32,000 bases of DNA from Moraxella nasicaprae (GTDB lineage: Bacteria; Pseudomonadota; Gammaproteobacteria; Pseudomonadales; Moraxellaceae): assembly GCF_025643275.1 (NCBI RefSeq), contig NZ_CP089977.1:600001-632000 (forward strand), in the 5' to 3' direction. Positions 1 through 8,447 of the stretch are shown piece by piece. How positions within the stretch are numbered: position 1 is the stretch's first letter; each line of letters starts with the position of its first letter. Both the position numbers and the translations under genes were made by a program. The notes under the pieces were generated by a model. The model did no database searches. It was not told the origin of the DNA and was given only the letters and a program-made list of their open reading frames with translations.

Positions 1-318
1 ACCTTTGGCATCAAAGTTATCATTGATGGCTTTGGCGATGTCGCCACCTGCCCAACCAGCCACAACTTCGGTGGTCTCGTTCGCACCCCAAGCGATGTTT
101 GCACCATAGCCTAGTGTACCAACTTCTGCACTGATGGCAGCAGGTTTGGTTGCAGTTTTTACGAAAGTGCCAGCACCATTAACAATGGCTGAACCTGTGT
201 TAGTAACTGCTTTGGTTGTGCCTTTTAGTAGGCTGCCTGCTGCGTCAGTCACTGTATTTGCCATCGCACCAGTAGAAACCAATGCTGTTGCCAACAATGC
301 TAATTGAAATTTTTTCAT
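1..318 (-). CDS. Outer-membrane beta-barrel protein, CarO-like (5' part only; gene runs off the left edge)
   Basis: Not in the ORF track because it is edge-truncated. The reverse-strand ATG at 318-316 is preceded by AAGGAGA (rc of 324-330). The frame is open for all 106 codons to position 1: MKKFQLALLATALVSTGAMA/NTVTDAAGSLLKG...ISAEVGTLGYGANIAWGANETTEVVAGWAGGDIAKAINDNFDAKG. It has a Sec signal peptide. The EVGT.GYG...W.AN....G..GGDI block resembles my recollection of Acinetobacter CarO (AEVGTTGYGGALLWQANPYVGLALGYNGGDISW). Confidence 0.6.
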   Translation of the reverse strand, partial: MKKFQLALLATALVSTGAMANTVTDAAGSLLKGTTKAVTNTGSAIVNGAGTFVKTATKPAAISAEVGTLGYGANIAWGANETTEVVAGWAGGDIAKAINDNFDAKG

Positions 319-649
319 TGTATTCTCCTTACAAATAGTCGCATTTTGTGGGTTTAACAATTTGCCTGATAAAGCGACTTGGTTATCATTGGTTACATTT
401 AACCATATTTTTTTGGTGCTTGTCATCTCAAAAAATGGGCTTTGTTGTGGTGTCTTGGTAATTTATGATGATGGTTTGTATAACCTTTTGGAAAATGTGC
501 AAGAATTGAGAAAGAATATTACTTATTGATACATTAAGATTTTTAAGCGTGATTTATATAAATATCTGATAAATACGGAAACGGTTTGTTTGATTATCAA
601 GAAAAGTTTGACAATGATTTTGTTGATATTTTATCCAAAATATGAGCAT

Positions 650-1288
650 CTAATCACGCACCACCACACTTTCATACACTCTAAGCGGCTTAATGCTAAG
701 GGCTTGGTTTGGTGCATGAGGTTGGGTGGCTGGCATGTTAATTGCTAATTGAGCAGTCATCACACTGACCAAAATACCGTGCTGAATCAAGCATCTGCTC
801 GCCTGATTGTCGTGCATGGATAAGGATAGGCAGGTTTTGGCAAGATGAATTTTATCCTTATCATCAGCTTGCCATGCCATCGAATGTAAGGTCAGATGAT
901 AAGTATCGTCACTTGTGTCTGCAACATGAGCGTACCAAGTTGTTGTAGCGGGCTTGATGTCAATCCAAAAATGCCTGCCCAGCTGTTTGGTGTATTGGCA
1001 AGATTGACTGGTGCGTTGTTGCCATGTCGCACCACCGCACCCAGACCATAAGATGCCATCAGGTTGCTTGATTAGTAATGAGGCTATATGCTGAGGATTA
1101 TTGAGTATCATCTGGACGCCATCATCTGATGCTCGCTTGGCTTGGTGCTGTAATCTTGCGATTTGCTTGGCATGCTGAGTTAGTTTGGCATCATTATCCA
1201 TCTGCGACAAGGCAATCATCGACATCGCACCAACAATCAGCACCACCATCAATACGATGAGCATCACAAAACCCTGCTGCCGCTTCAT
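650..1288 (-). CDS. pilX: Type IV pilus minor pilin/assembly protein PilX-like
   Basis: 212 aa. The N-terminus MKRQQGFVMLIVLMVVLIVGAMSMIALSQ is a PilX_N-type hydrophobic segment with no Glu5. It is the last gene after pilV-pilW, and its ATG overlaps the pilW stop (ATGA at 1285-1288). Confidence 0.75.
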   Translation of the reverse strand: MKRQQGFVMLIVLMVVLIVGAMSMIALSQMDNDAKLTQHAKQIARLQHQAKRASDDGVQMILNNPQHIASLLIKQPDGILWSGCGGATWQQRTSQSCQYTKQLGRHFWIDIKPATTTWYAHVADTSDDTYHLTLHSMAWQADDKDKIHLAKTCLSLSMHDNQASRCLIQHGILVSVMTAQLAINMPATQPHAPNQALSIKPLRVYESVVVRD

Positions 1289-2223
1289 GATTTACCACCC
1301 AGTCTTAGGTTGGTTGGTGTTAAATACACACGATGAATTCGCCAATCCTGCTTGGGCGATACCAATAATCGCTGTGTCTGCCCAAATATCGACATGGGTG
1401 CTTGACGAGCCTCTGCTGTACCACGACTCATCAAAACCAGCTCAATCGCCACAGGCTGAACGCTTGGATAATGACGACGATACTCATCAAGCAAGACGGA
1501 TTGTATGCCTTGATTTGTTTGGACAGATAATCTTACCCAAAACCCACCAATGTCGCCCATCAAGACTGAGCCTTTCTCGCCCAATCCTTCTGGCGACCAT
1601 GCTCTTTTGACCTTGCGAGCATCGTTTTGCTCATCAATGATGGCATTTTGATGAGCGATACCCAGTCCTTTTTTGTCACGAGTGCCGTCTCGATGAATCT
1701 CATCGACCACATAGTGTATGGCATTGCATCGCAAGGCAAGCGTGCCATCATCTTCTTTTTGGACAAAATATCGCTCAATCACTCTTTGCCCATCAACCAT
1801 CACAAGACGACCATCGCCAAGTCGCACTTGCCGACTGCCCAGTACCAGCCGACCTTCACAATCCCACATATCCTCAGGGGCGGTATAATGTATGCTTAGC
1901 TGGTCTGATGGACGCTGGGTATGACTAGGTAGTGTCTGATGTTGGCTGATGATTTGTTGTGCATTGCCACGCTCAATGCGAAGCTGACCTAATTGACTAG
2001 GTGCTATCAAAATGCCATCTGCCAAGCCCAAACCCGCCAGCGTGATATGCTGACCAATCTCCAACAAATCCGAACGATGGTCAATGAATCGCCCCAAATC
2101 CTGATGTCGAATGCTGTATTTGACAAATGTTGCATAAAGCCCAGTACCCATCAAAACAACCATACTGCCAATCAGTATCGCCACCAGCATTTCCAACAAG
2201 CTAAATCCTAAGTTTGATTTCAT
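1285..2223 (-). CDS. pilW: Type IV pilus minor pilin PilW
   Basis: 312 aa. It carries the prepilin N-methylation motif MKSNLGFSLLEMLVAILIGSMVV. Size and position between pilV and pilX fit PilW. ATGA overlaps occur at both ends (2220-2223 and 1285-1288). Confidence 0.85.
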   Translation of the reverse strand: MKSNLGFSLLEMLVAILIGSMVVLMGTGLYATFVKYSIRHQDLGRFIDHRSDLLEIGQHITLAGLGLADGILIAPSQLGQLRIERGNAQQIISQHQTLPSHTQRPSDQLSIHYTAPEDMWDCEGRLVLGSRQVRLGDGRLVMVDGQRVIERYFVQKEDDGTLALRCNAIHYVVDEIHRDGTRDKKGLGIAHQNAIIDEQNDARKVKRAWSPEGLGEKGSVLMGDIGGFWVRLSVQTNQGIQSVLLDEYRRHYPSVQPVAIELVLMSRGTAEARQAPMSIFGQTQRLLVSPKQDWRIHRVYLTPTNLRLGGKS

Positions 2224-2723
2224 TCAAACTCCCAAGCGACACATTGCTGCTGACCGCTCTCATCACAGCTGGTATCCTGACTAAGCATATCACCCCAAAT
2301 CGCCACTAAGCACGCCTGCCCTTGACACATGCTTGGCATAATCATCATGCCCACATCACTGGCTGATTGTGCCAACAAAAAAGCCTGATGACGAGCCATC
2401 TGAGCTTCTTGACATGCCAAAGTACACAGATTGACACCGCCATCAAGAGCCTTTTGATAAGCCAAGATAGGATTATCCTGAGTGATTGCCAGATGATATA
2501 GCTGGCTTAGCTGCTGTTGATATATCTCTTTTTGAAAGCCTTGCATCACATCAGTCATTTGGGCGTGCTGATGAGCCAGCAAAGTGGCATGATGCCGTTT
2601 ATCCGCATTGGCACTAGCAACCACCGCACGCCCCTGCACCGCCAGATAGCCAAGTGTCACCATTGACAAAATCAGGAGTGATAACAGCACTTCCAATAAA
2701 CTAAATCCGCCTTGTCTATTCAT
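2220..2723 (-). CDS. pilV: Type IV pilus minor pilin PilV
   Basis: The track ORF 2220..2810 is trimmed to the internal ATG (rc of 2721-2723), which gives MNRQGGFSLLEVLLSLLILSMVTLGYLAVQ. This is a class III signal peptide plus the PilV-type LG..A.Q segment. The product is 167 aa. Confidence 0.8.
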   Translation of the reverse strand: MNRQGGFSLLEVLLSLLILSMVTLGYLAVQGRAVVASANADKRHHATLLAHQHAQMTDVMQGFQKEIYQQQLSQLYHLAITQDNPILAYQKALDGGVNLCTLACQEAQMARHQAFLLAQSASDVGMMIMPSMCQGQACLVAIWGDMLSQDTSCDESGQQQCVAWEFE

Positions 2724-3507
2724 GCTTTGCCAATCGCTCCAAGCCAAGTTGCTGACTGCCGTGTGCCAAACAAACTGCCAATATCTTGACAGAAGGATAC
2801 TGCCTACCAATCAAAGTTGCCACAGCGGACAAAGTGGCTCCTGTGGTCGCCACATCATCAAACAAAATGACCTGCGTGACGGGCAATGCCTGTAATAAAT
2901 AAAAATCCCCCACAACATTATCTAGGCGTGCCTGACGACTCAATCCACGCTGGTGGGCAATATTATCAGCGCGAGCCACGCCCTGCCAAATGGGTAATTG
3001 CCAATGCTTAGATAGATATTTTGCCAACATTAACACAGGATTAAAGCCTCGTTCACGCAGTCGTCTGGTAGTCGTTGGCACAGGAATGATGACGGTATTG
3101 TGCCTAGAACAATGTTCAGGCTTAGGCAATGTATCCAGCAGTCTGCTTAATATCATAAAACAGTCGGTTTTTTGATGGTCTTTAAACTGGCTAATGATTT
3201 GGTTGATGGGGTACTGATAGTAACAGATGGGGTATGCCAGCAATGTCCGCTCTGCTTGCAAAAAACCAATCTTAACTGGCGACTGCTGGTAAGCAAAATC
3301 AGATAAGCAGTGCTGGCACACCACTTTATCACGCCCAGTAAGTCTGCTTAGGCACATCTGGCAAGTGCCATGCAATGTCGCTGCCGTTCTTGCCCACCAA
3401 TAAGGGGCAAATCGAGTCTGATGTATCAGGGCGGATGATGGGCGGTGTGCTGGCAAAATAACCATTCCTTGTTGTATGTTGATTGCATGAATTTTAGCCC
3501 AAGCCAT
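2716..3507 (-). CDS. comF: ComF-family competence protein (ComFC/GntX-type phosphoribosyltransferase-fold protein)
   Basis: 263-aa ORF. It has an N-terminal 4-Cys motif CQMCLSRLTGRDKVVCQHCLSDF and a C-terminal PRTase loop VILFDDVATTGATLSAV. The start is uncertain: the ATG at 3507 has no SD and sits about 11 nt after the pldA terminator U-tract, and an in-frame TTG at 3375 is an alternative. The stop lies 8 nt inside pilV. Confidence 0.85.
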   Translation of the reverse strand: MAWAKIHAINIQQGMVILPAHRPSSALIHQTRFAPYWWARTAATLHGTCQMCLSRLTGRDKVVCQHCLSDFAYQQSPVKIGFLQAERTLLAYPICYYQYPINQIISQFKDHQKTDCFMILSRLLDTLPKPEHCSRHNTVIIPVPTTTRRLRERGFNPVLMLAKYLSKHWQLPIWQGVARADNIAHQRGLSRQARLDNVVGDFYLLQALPVTQVILFDDVATTGATLSAVATLIGRQYPSVKILAVCLAHGSQQLGLERLAKHE

Positions 3508-3518
3508 CTAAAATTTCA

Positions 3519-3547
3519 AATAAAAAACCGCCAGCATCTGCCAGCGG
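3519..3547 (-). terminator. Rho-independent terminator downstream of pldA
   Basis: Minus-strand RNA reads CCGCUGGC-AGAU-GCUGGCGG (8 bp including two G:U pairs, rc of 3528-3547), followed by UUUUUUAUUU (rc of 3519-3527). Confidence 0.75.
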
Positions 3548-3556
3548 TCTTGATGG

Positions 3557-4741
3557 TCACAGTCCCATCCAGTCATTAAGCATGACGCCAATGCCGATAC
3601 CCGTGGTTTTTTTGTTGTAATCAATCAAAGACTGACCATAGCCTTGGAATAGCTGAACATAGGTGCTGATGCCTTTGTCAATGGGGTGTACATAATCAAG
3701 CTGTAATGCCCCACGATTTGAGCCAGGATTATAGCGAGCCGTACCAGAAATGTTACCACCAGAATTCAGCTGGTACAAAAATTTGACATCGCCATAGCCG
3801 TAATAATCCATGATGTCTGGATTGTCATTCTTTTTGCCTTTGCCTTCGCCATCTGCCACTCTTGCCCATAGGCGTGGCATCACGGTCAATTTATCCCATT
3901 CCATACCAGCCATCACATAAGCACGGTTCCACGAACGAGACAGTGGGTCTTTTTCGCCATTAGAATGATGCACCAATCCTGCCCCCAGCATACGAAGCTG
4001 ACCCCCAAACGGCAAGTCCGCCTTAACAGGCTGTGTCACGAACACTTCTGGCTGATAATCATGAGCTCTAAATGGGCGAGAGTTGTTCTCATTATACACC
4101 TGCCAATGCGACTGCTGAGTATAGCCCACCCATAAATCCGCGTCCGTACCCAATAGATTTTCCGCAGCTTTTGCCTTAACCGACAGTTGGAATTTTAGCT
4201 CAGGGATTTGCATTTGATGTTGGTTATAATCCACCTGCTCTTGACTTGGTGTGCTTGGGTGTCTGTTTGGATTGGCGTTAAAATACAAAGGCAAAATATA
4301 CATAGGATTGTGCGGTCTTGCTGACCACAATCCTGTATTATTTCTATCCAAATCAAACGCCAAGCTCAGCGGTGTATAACGGTCTGCTGCCGTCTGTAAT
4401 GCTTTGGTGTCATTGCTTGAAATCGGCTGAGCTTGCTTGCTGTCTTCGGCAGCATAAACCACCTGTCTGTTGCCACTCACGGTGCTTTTAAGAGTGCTTG
4501 ACAGTTCAATTTGGCGTTTTGGTGCAATAAAACTAGGTACTTGACCTTGTGCCAACGAATCATAGCACGCCAAACGCATCGCATCGTTAATCAATGACGA
4601 ACATTCAAAAAACAACGCCTCGCCCTCGCCACGATCGGTGATGTTATGCTCCTGCCAATTAATTTTGCTGGTATCAGCATGAGCCTCCACCCCCAACGCC
4701 ATGACTGCCAATACAGATAATGATGGTAAAAATTTATTCAT
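3557..4741 (-). CDS. pldA: Outer-membrane phospholipase A (OMPLA)
   Basis: 394 aa. It has the signal peptide MNKFLPSLSVLAVMALGVEAHA, the OMPLA catalytic block LVHHSNGE...SRSWNR, and a C-terminal beta-barrel ending ...GVMLNDWMGL. Confidence 0.9.
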   Translation of the reverse strand: MNKFLPSLSVLAVMALGVEAHADTSKINWQEHNITDRGEGEALFFECSSLINDAMRLACYDSLAQGQVPSFIAPKRQIELSSTLKSTVSGNRQVVYAAEDSKQAQPISSNDTKALQTAADRYTPLSLAFDLDRNNTGLWSARPHNPMYILPLYFNANPNRHPSTPSQEQVDYNQHQMQIPELKFQLSVKAKAAENLLGTDADLWVGYTQQSHWQVYNENNSRPFRAHDYQPEVFVTQPVKADLPFGGQLRMLGAGLVHHSNGEKDPLSRSWNRAYVMAGMEWDKLTVMPRLWARVADGEGKGKKNDNPDIMDYYGYGDVKFLYQLNSGGNISGTARYNPGSNRGALQLDYVHPIDKGISTYVQLFQGYGQSLIDYNKKTTGIGIGVMLNDWMGL

Positions 4742-4807
4742 TATTCGCTCTTTTTTAAGTGATTAAAATCAAAAAAATCATTCAAATAAACCGCTCATCT
4801 TAGCAAA

Positions 4808-5275
4808 CTATTCGTATCGCTTGCCCTGATGTTCAATATAGCCACCTTGATGTCTGCCTGCTGGGTCGTGGTGCGTCCAGTGAACCACACCGCCCTTATC
4901 GCTATATTCGTATTCGCCATAAAAACGAACCGCATCGCCTTTTTGTAAGGCGTCAAGGCGTGGAGCAAGGTCAATATTGTGAGCAATCAACACAGTCTGC
5001 TTACCACCATCTAACTTGACGATGAACTTTTGGTGACGACTGCCTTTAAGGTCATCTGCCAATATCGCCTTGACAGTACCACAGCCCAAGACTTGCACAT
5101 TGGAACGCTGATTGGCAAAACTTTCCAAAATAACTTGATTTTGGCACGATGTCGATTGATTTTGTTGTTTGTGCAAACTGTCTGGCTGAGCAGGTGTGCT
5201 TGGCTGTTCCTGCTTGCAAGCCAGCAAACAAGATGACATCAGCACCGCCATCAGACCTAATTTTATCATTTTCAC
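4808..5275 (-). CDS. DUF3465-family lipoprotein
   Basis: 155 aa. It has the lipobox LLAC ([23 protein letters not shown]). The conserved DUF3465-type core is [11 protein letters not shown]...[10 protein letters not shown]...[34 protein letters not shown], by recollection of the family. Confidence 0.8.
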   Translation of the reverse strand: MKMIKLGLMAVLMSSCLLACKQEQPSTPAQPDSLHKQQNQSTSCQNQVILESFANQRSNVQVLGCGTVKAILADDLKGSRHQKFIVKLDGGKQTVLIAHNIDLAPRLDALQKGDAVRFYGEYEYSDKGGVVHWTHHDPAGRHQGGYIEHQGKRYE

Positions 5276-5353
5276 ACTTAGGCTCGCCTTGATTGAATTA
5301 ACCGCTTATTATAGGTAGTTTTTGGTCAAATGTATATCAAATTTACCATTCAT

Positions 5354-6334
5354 TCACAAATCTATCTGCACAGACTGTGTCAGCACTCGCCCTTTGGGTG
5401 TGCGGTCAATGTATTTTTGCTGGATTAGATACGGTTCAATCACATCTTCAAGCGTGCCTCTGTCCTCAGCAAGTGCTGCCGCCAACGCCTCAACACCCAC
5501 AGGTCCGCCACCAAAGCGTTCTTGTAATGCCTGCAAATAGCGTCTATCCAAATGGTCCAACCCTTGCTTGTCTACATTAAGCATATCCAAGGCAGATGAG
5601 GCGATATGCTGGGTAATCATGCCATCGCCTTTGACTTCGGCATAATCACGCACACGACGCAGCAGGCGGTTGGCGATGCGAGGTGTGCCACGACTGCGAC
5701 GAGCAATCTCTACCGCCCCATCATGGTCAGATGCCACACCCATCAGACGAGCGGAGCGTTTGACGATGGTGGTCAAATCTGCCACGCTATAAAACTCCAA
5801 TCGCTGCACGATACCAAATCGGTCTCGTAATGGCGAGGTCAATAGACCTGCCCTAGTCGTTGCTGCCACCAGCGTAAATGGCGGCAAATCCAGTTTGATA
5901 GAACGAGCGGCAGGACCTTCGCCAATCATGATGTCAAGCTGATAATCCTCCATCGCAGGATATAAAATCTCCTCAATGGCAGGACTTAGTCTGTGAATCT
6001 CATCAATAAATAACACATCGCCTTTTTCAAGATTGGTCAGCATTGCCGCCAAATCGCCCGCCCTTTCTAGCACAGGACCGCTGGTAGAACGCAGATTGCC
6101 GCCCATTTCTTTGGCGATGATATTAGCAAGTGTGGTTTTGCCCAAGCCTGGCGGACCAAAAATCAGCGTGTGGTCTAATGCCTCTCCACGAGCTTTGGCA
6201 GCAGGAATGAATACCTGCATTTGTTCTTTGACGGTCGGCTGTCCGATGTATTCTGCCAGCGAAGTGGGTCGAATGGCACGGTCGGTTGGGTCGTCTTTTT
6301 TTGGACTGGGGTCGATGAGTCGATGGTCTGACAT
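5354..6334 (-). CDS. ruvB: Holliday junction branch-migration ATPase RuvB
   Basis: 326 aa. It has Walker [10 protein letters not shown], Walker B VLFIDEIH and the sensor [16 protein letters not shown], with full-length similarity to RuvB. Confidence 0.97.
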   Translation of the reverse strand: MSDHRLIDPSPKKDDPTDRAIRPTSLAEYIGQPTVKEQMQVFIPAAKARGEALDHTLIFGPPGLGKTTLANIIAKEMGGNLRSTSGPVLERAGDLAAMLTNLEKGDVLFIDEIHRLSPAIEEILYPAMEDYQLDIMIGEGPAARSIKLDLPPFTLVAATTRAGLLTSPLRDRFGIVQRLEFYSVADLTTIVKRSARLMGVASDHDGAVEIARRSRGTPRIANRLLRRVRDYAEVKGDGMITQHIASSALDMLNVDKQGLDHLDRRYLQALQERFGGGPVGVEALAAALAEDRGTLEDVIEPYLIQQKYIDRTPKGRVLTQSVQIDL

Positions 6335-6664
6335 GATAAAGCTGCTTTTTATGGATAATGTTGCTTGCTATTTTAGCACAAACTCATCATAAATTAACCA
6401 ATCCACCCCGATTGATGAGCAAACAAACCATCTTGATTTTGCTCATTTTACATGATTTGACCAAATCCACGCCATTTTTTGCTAAATTTAGCAGTTTGGC
6501 AAACGCACTCGCCAAAATTTGCCAAAATGGGCAATTTTTTCCCTTGTGTTACTAAAATTAGACTAAAAAAACAATACACATACATTTTATTGGTAATTTT
6601 TGTATGACTTTTTGCAGATAAACAATTATCATAGGCACAAATCAAGGAACAAGCGATTTTGTCA

Positions 6665-7114
6665 ATGATGAAACATACCACCATCTATCACACCACCAAC
6701 AAAGTGTGGCTAAATCTTTTGTTAAGCACGCTGATATTATCCGTGCTAAGTGTCACTCATCTGGCTCATGCTGAATCTCGCTATCAAAGAGATGCTCGCA
6801 ACCAACTTCGTCAAATCAGCACCCAAGATGTCTATTTGACCGTCAGCCAGTATGAATTGGCGTTGATTCAGGTGTTGTCAGAAATCTGCCCACCCATGCT
6901 TAATCAAAACCAAAAGGTTCGTTTTGATAAGGTGTACAACAAACAGCTGCGTGCATTCATGCCCAATAACAGCAATCCACAGCAAGCACTACGCCAGCTG
7001 TCGGGACAACGGGACTATCGGTTGATTTTGCACAATGTGCGTTCATGGACAAAAAGCTATCCTGCCAGCGAAAACCGTGCTTTGTGCAAAGAATTTGCCC
7101 AAATGCCCTTATAG
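6665..7114 (+). CDS. Hypothetical secreted protein
   Basis: The track ORF starts at a TTG (6659); the first ATG is at 6665. The signal peptide is ...LLLSTLILSVLSVTHLAHA/ESR. It has 2 Cys, no family I recognise, and its own terminator at 7154-7181. Confidence 0.6.
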   Translation: MMKHTTIYHTTNKVWLNLLLSTLILSVLSVTHLAHAESRYQRDARNQLRQISTQDVYLTVSQYELALIQVLSEICPPMLNQNQKVRFDKVYNKQLRAFMPNNSNPQQALRQLSGQRDYRLILHNVRSWTKSYPASENRALCKEFAQMPL

Positions 7115-7153
7115 ACCCAATAATCATTTTAATTTTATCTTCACACCCTGCCT

Positions 7154-7181
7154 AAGTGATGATGTATGTCATCACTTTTTG
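7154..7181 (+). terminator. Rho-independent terminator after the 149-aa secreted-protein gene
   Basis: AAGTGATGA-tgtatg-TCATCACTT forms a perfect 9-bp stem followed by TTTT. Confidence 0.75.
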
Positions 7182-7268
7182 ATGATTTAAAAGTCGCCAG
7201 ATGACGATGAATTTTGGGTCTGTTTTGTCAAAGTTTGCCAAATTTCCCATCATTTTTGCCAAAAAATT

Positions 7269-7277
7269 TGTTATACT
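7269..7277 (+). promoter_or_regulatory. Candidate extended -10 promoter (TGtTATACT) for hemB
   Basis: A TGnTAnnnT match lies about 37 nt upstream of the hemB ATG. There is no good -35. This is a motif-level call only. Confidence 0.3.
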
Positions 7278-7295
7278 ACCCCAAAGACATGGTAA

Positions 7296-8315
<1,020 letters not shown>

Positions 8316-8352
8316 TTTTAAGTAACACTTGTACCAATTTTATTCAAAACCG

Positions 8353-8361
8353 TGTTAGAAT
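8353..8361 (+). promoter_or_regulatory. Candidate extended -10 promoter (TGtTAGAAT) for maeB
   Basis: A TGnTAnnnT match lies about 87 nt upstream of the maeB ATG (8448). This is a motif-level call only. Confidence 0.3.
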
Positions 8362-8447
8362 AGCTGATGAATTTTTCTTAATAGCTGACTAAAAGCCCAT
8401 TGGTACAACACCGCTCTGATGAGCATTAATTATTTGATGGATTGATT

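Noticed and set aside
1185-2211. Plus-strand ORFs 1185..1610, 1627..1899 and 1993..2211, and the nested minus-strand ORF 1560..1778, in the pilW/pilX region
   Set aside because: The pilW and pilX frames carry diagnostic prepilin N-termini and are chained by ATGA overlaps. The other ORFs have no motifs or ribosome-binding sites.
6033-6392. 119-aa plus-strand ORF overlapping the ruvB 5' end, plus 6358..6555 (+) and 6448..6684 (-)
   Set aside because: The first is a shadow of ruvB. The two intergenic ORFs are AT-rich, lack SD sequences and have implausible composition. I treat the region as regulatory DNA.
8329-8408. Perfect 10-bp inverted repeat TTGTACCAAT ... ATTGGTACAA, 60 nt apart, flanking the candidate maeB promoter
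   Set aside because: A few such 10-bp inverted-repeat pairs within 100 nt are expected by chance in 32 kb. There is no supporting symmetry or second copy.
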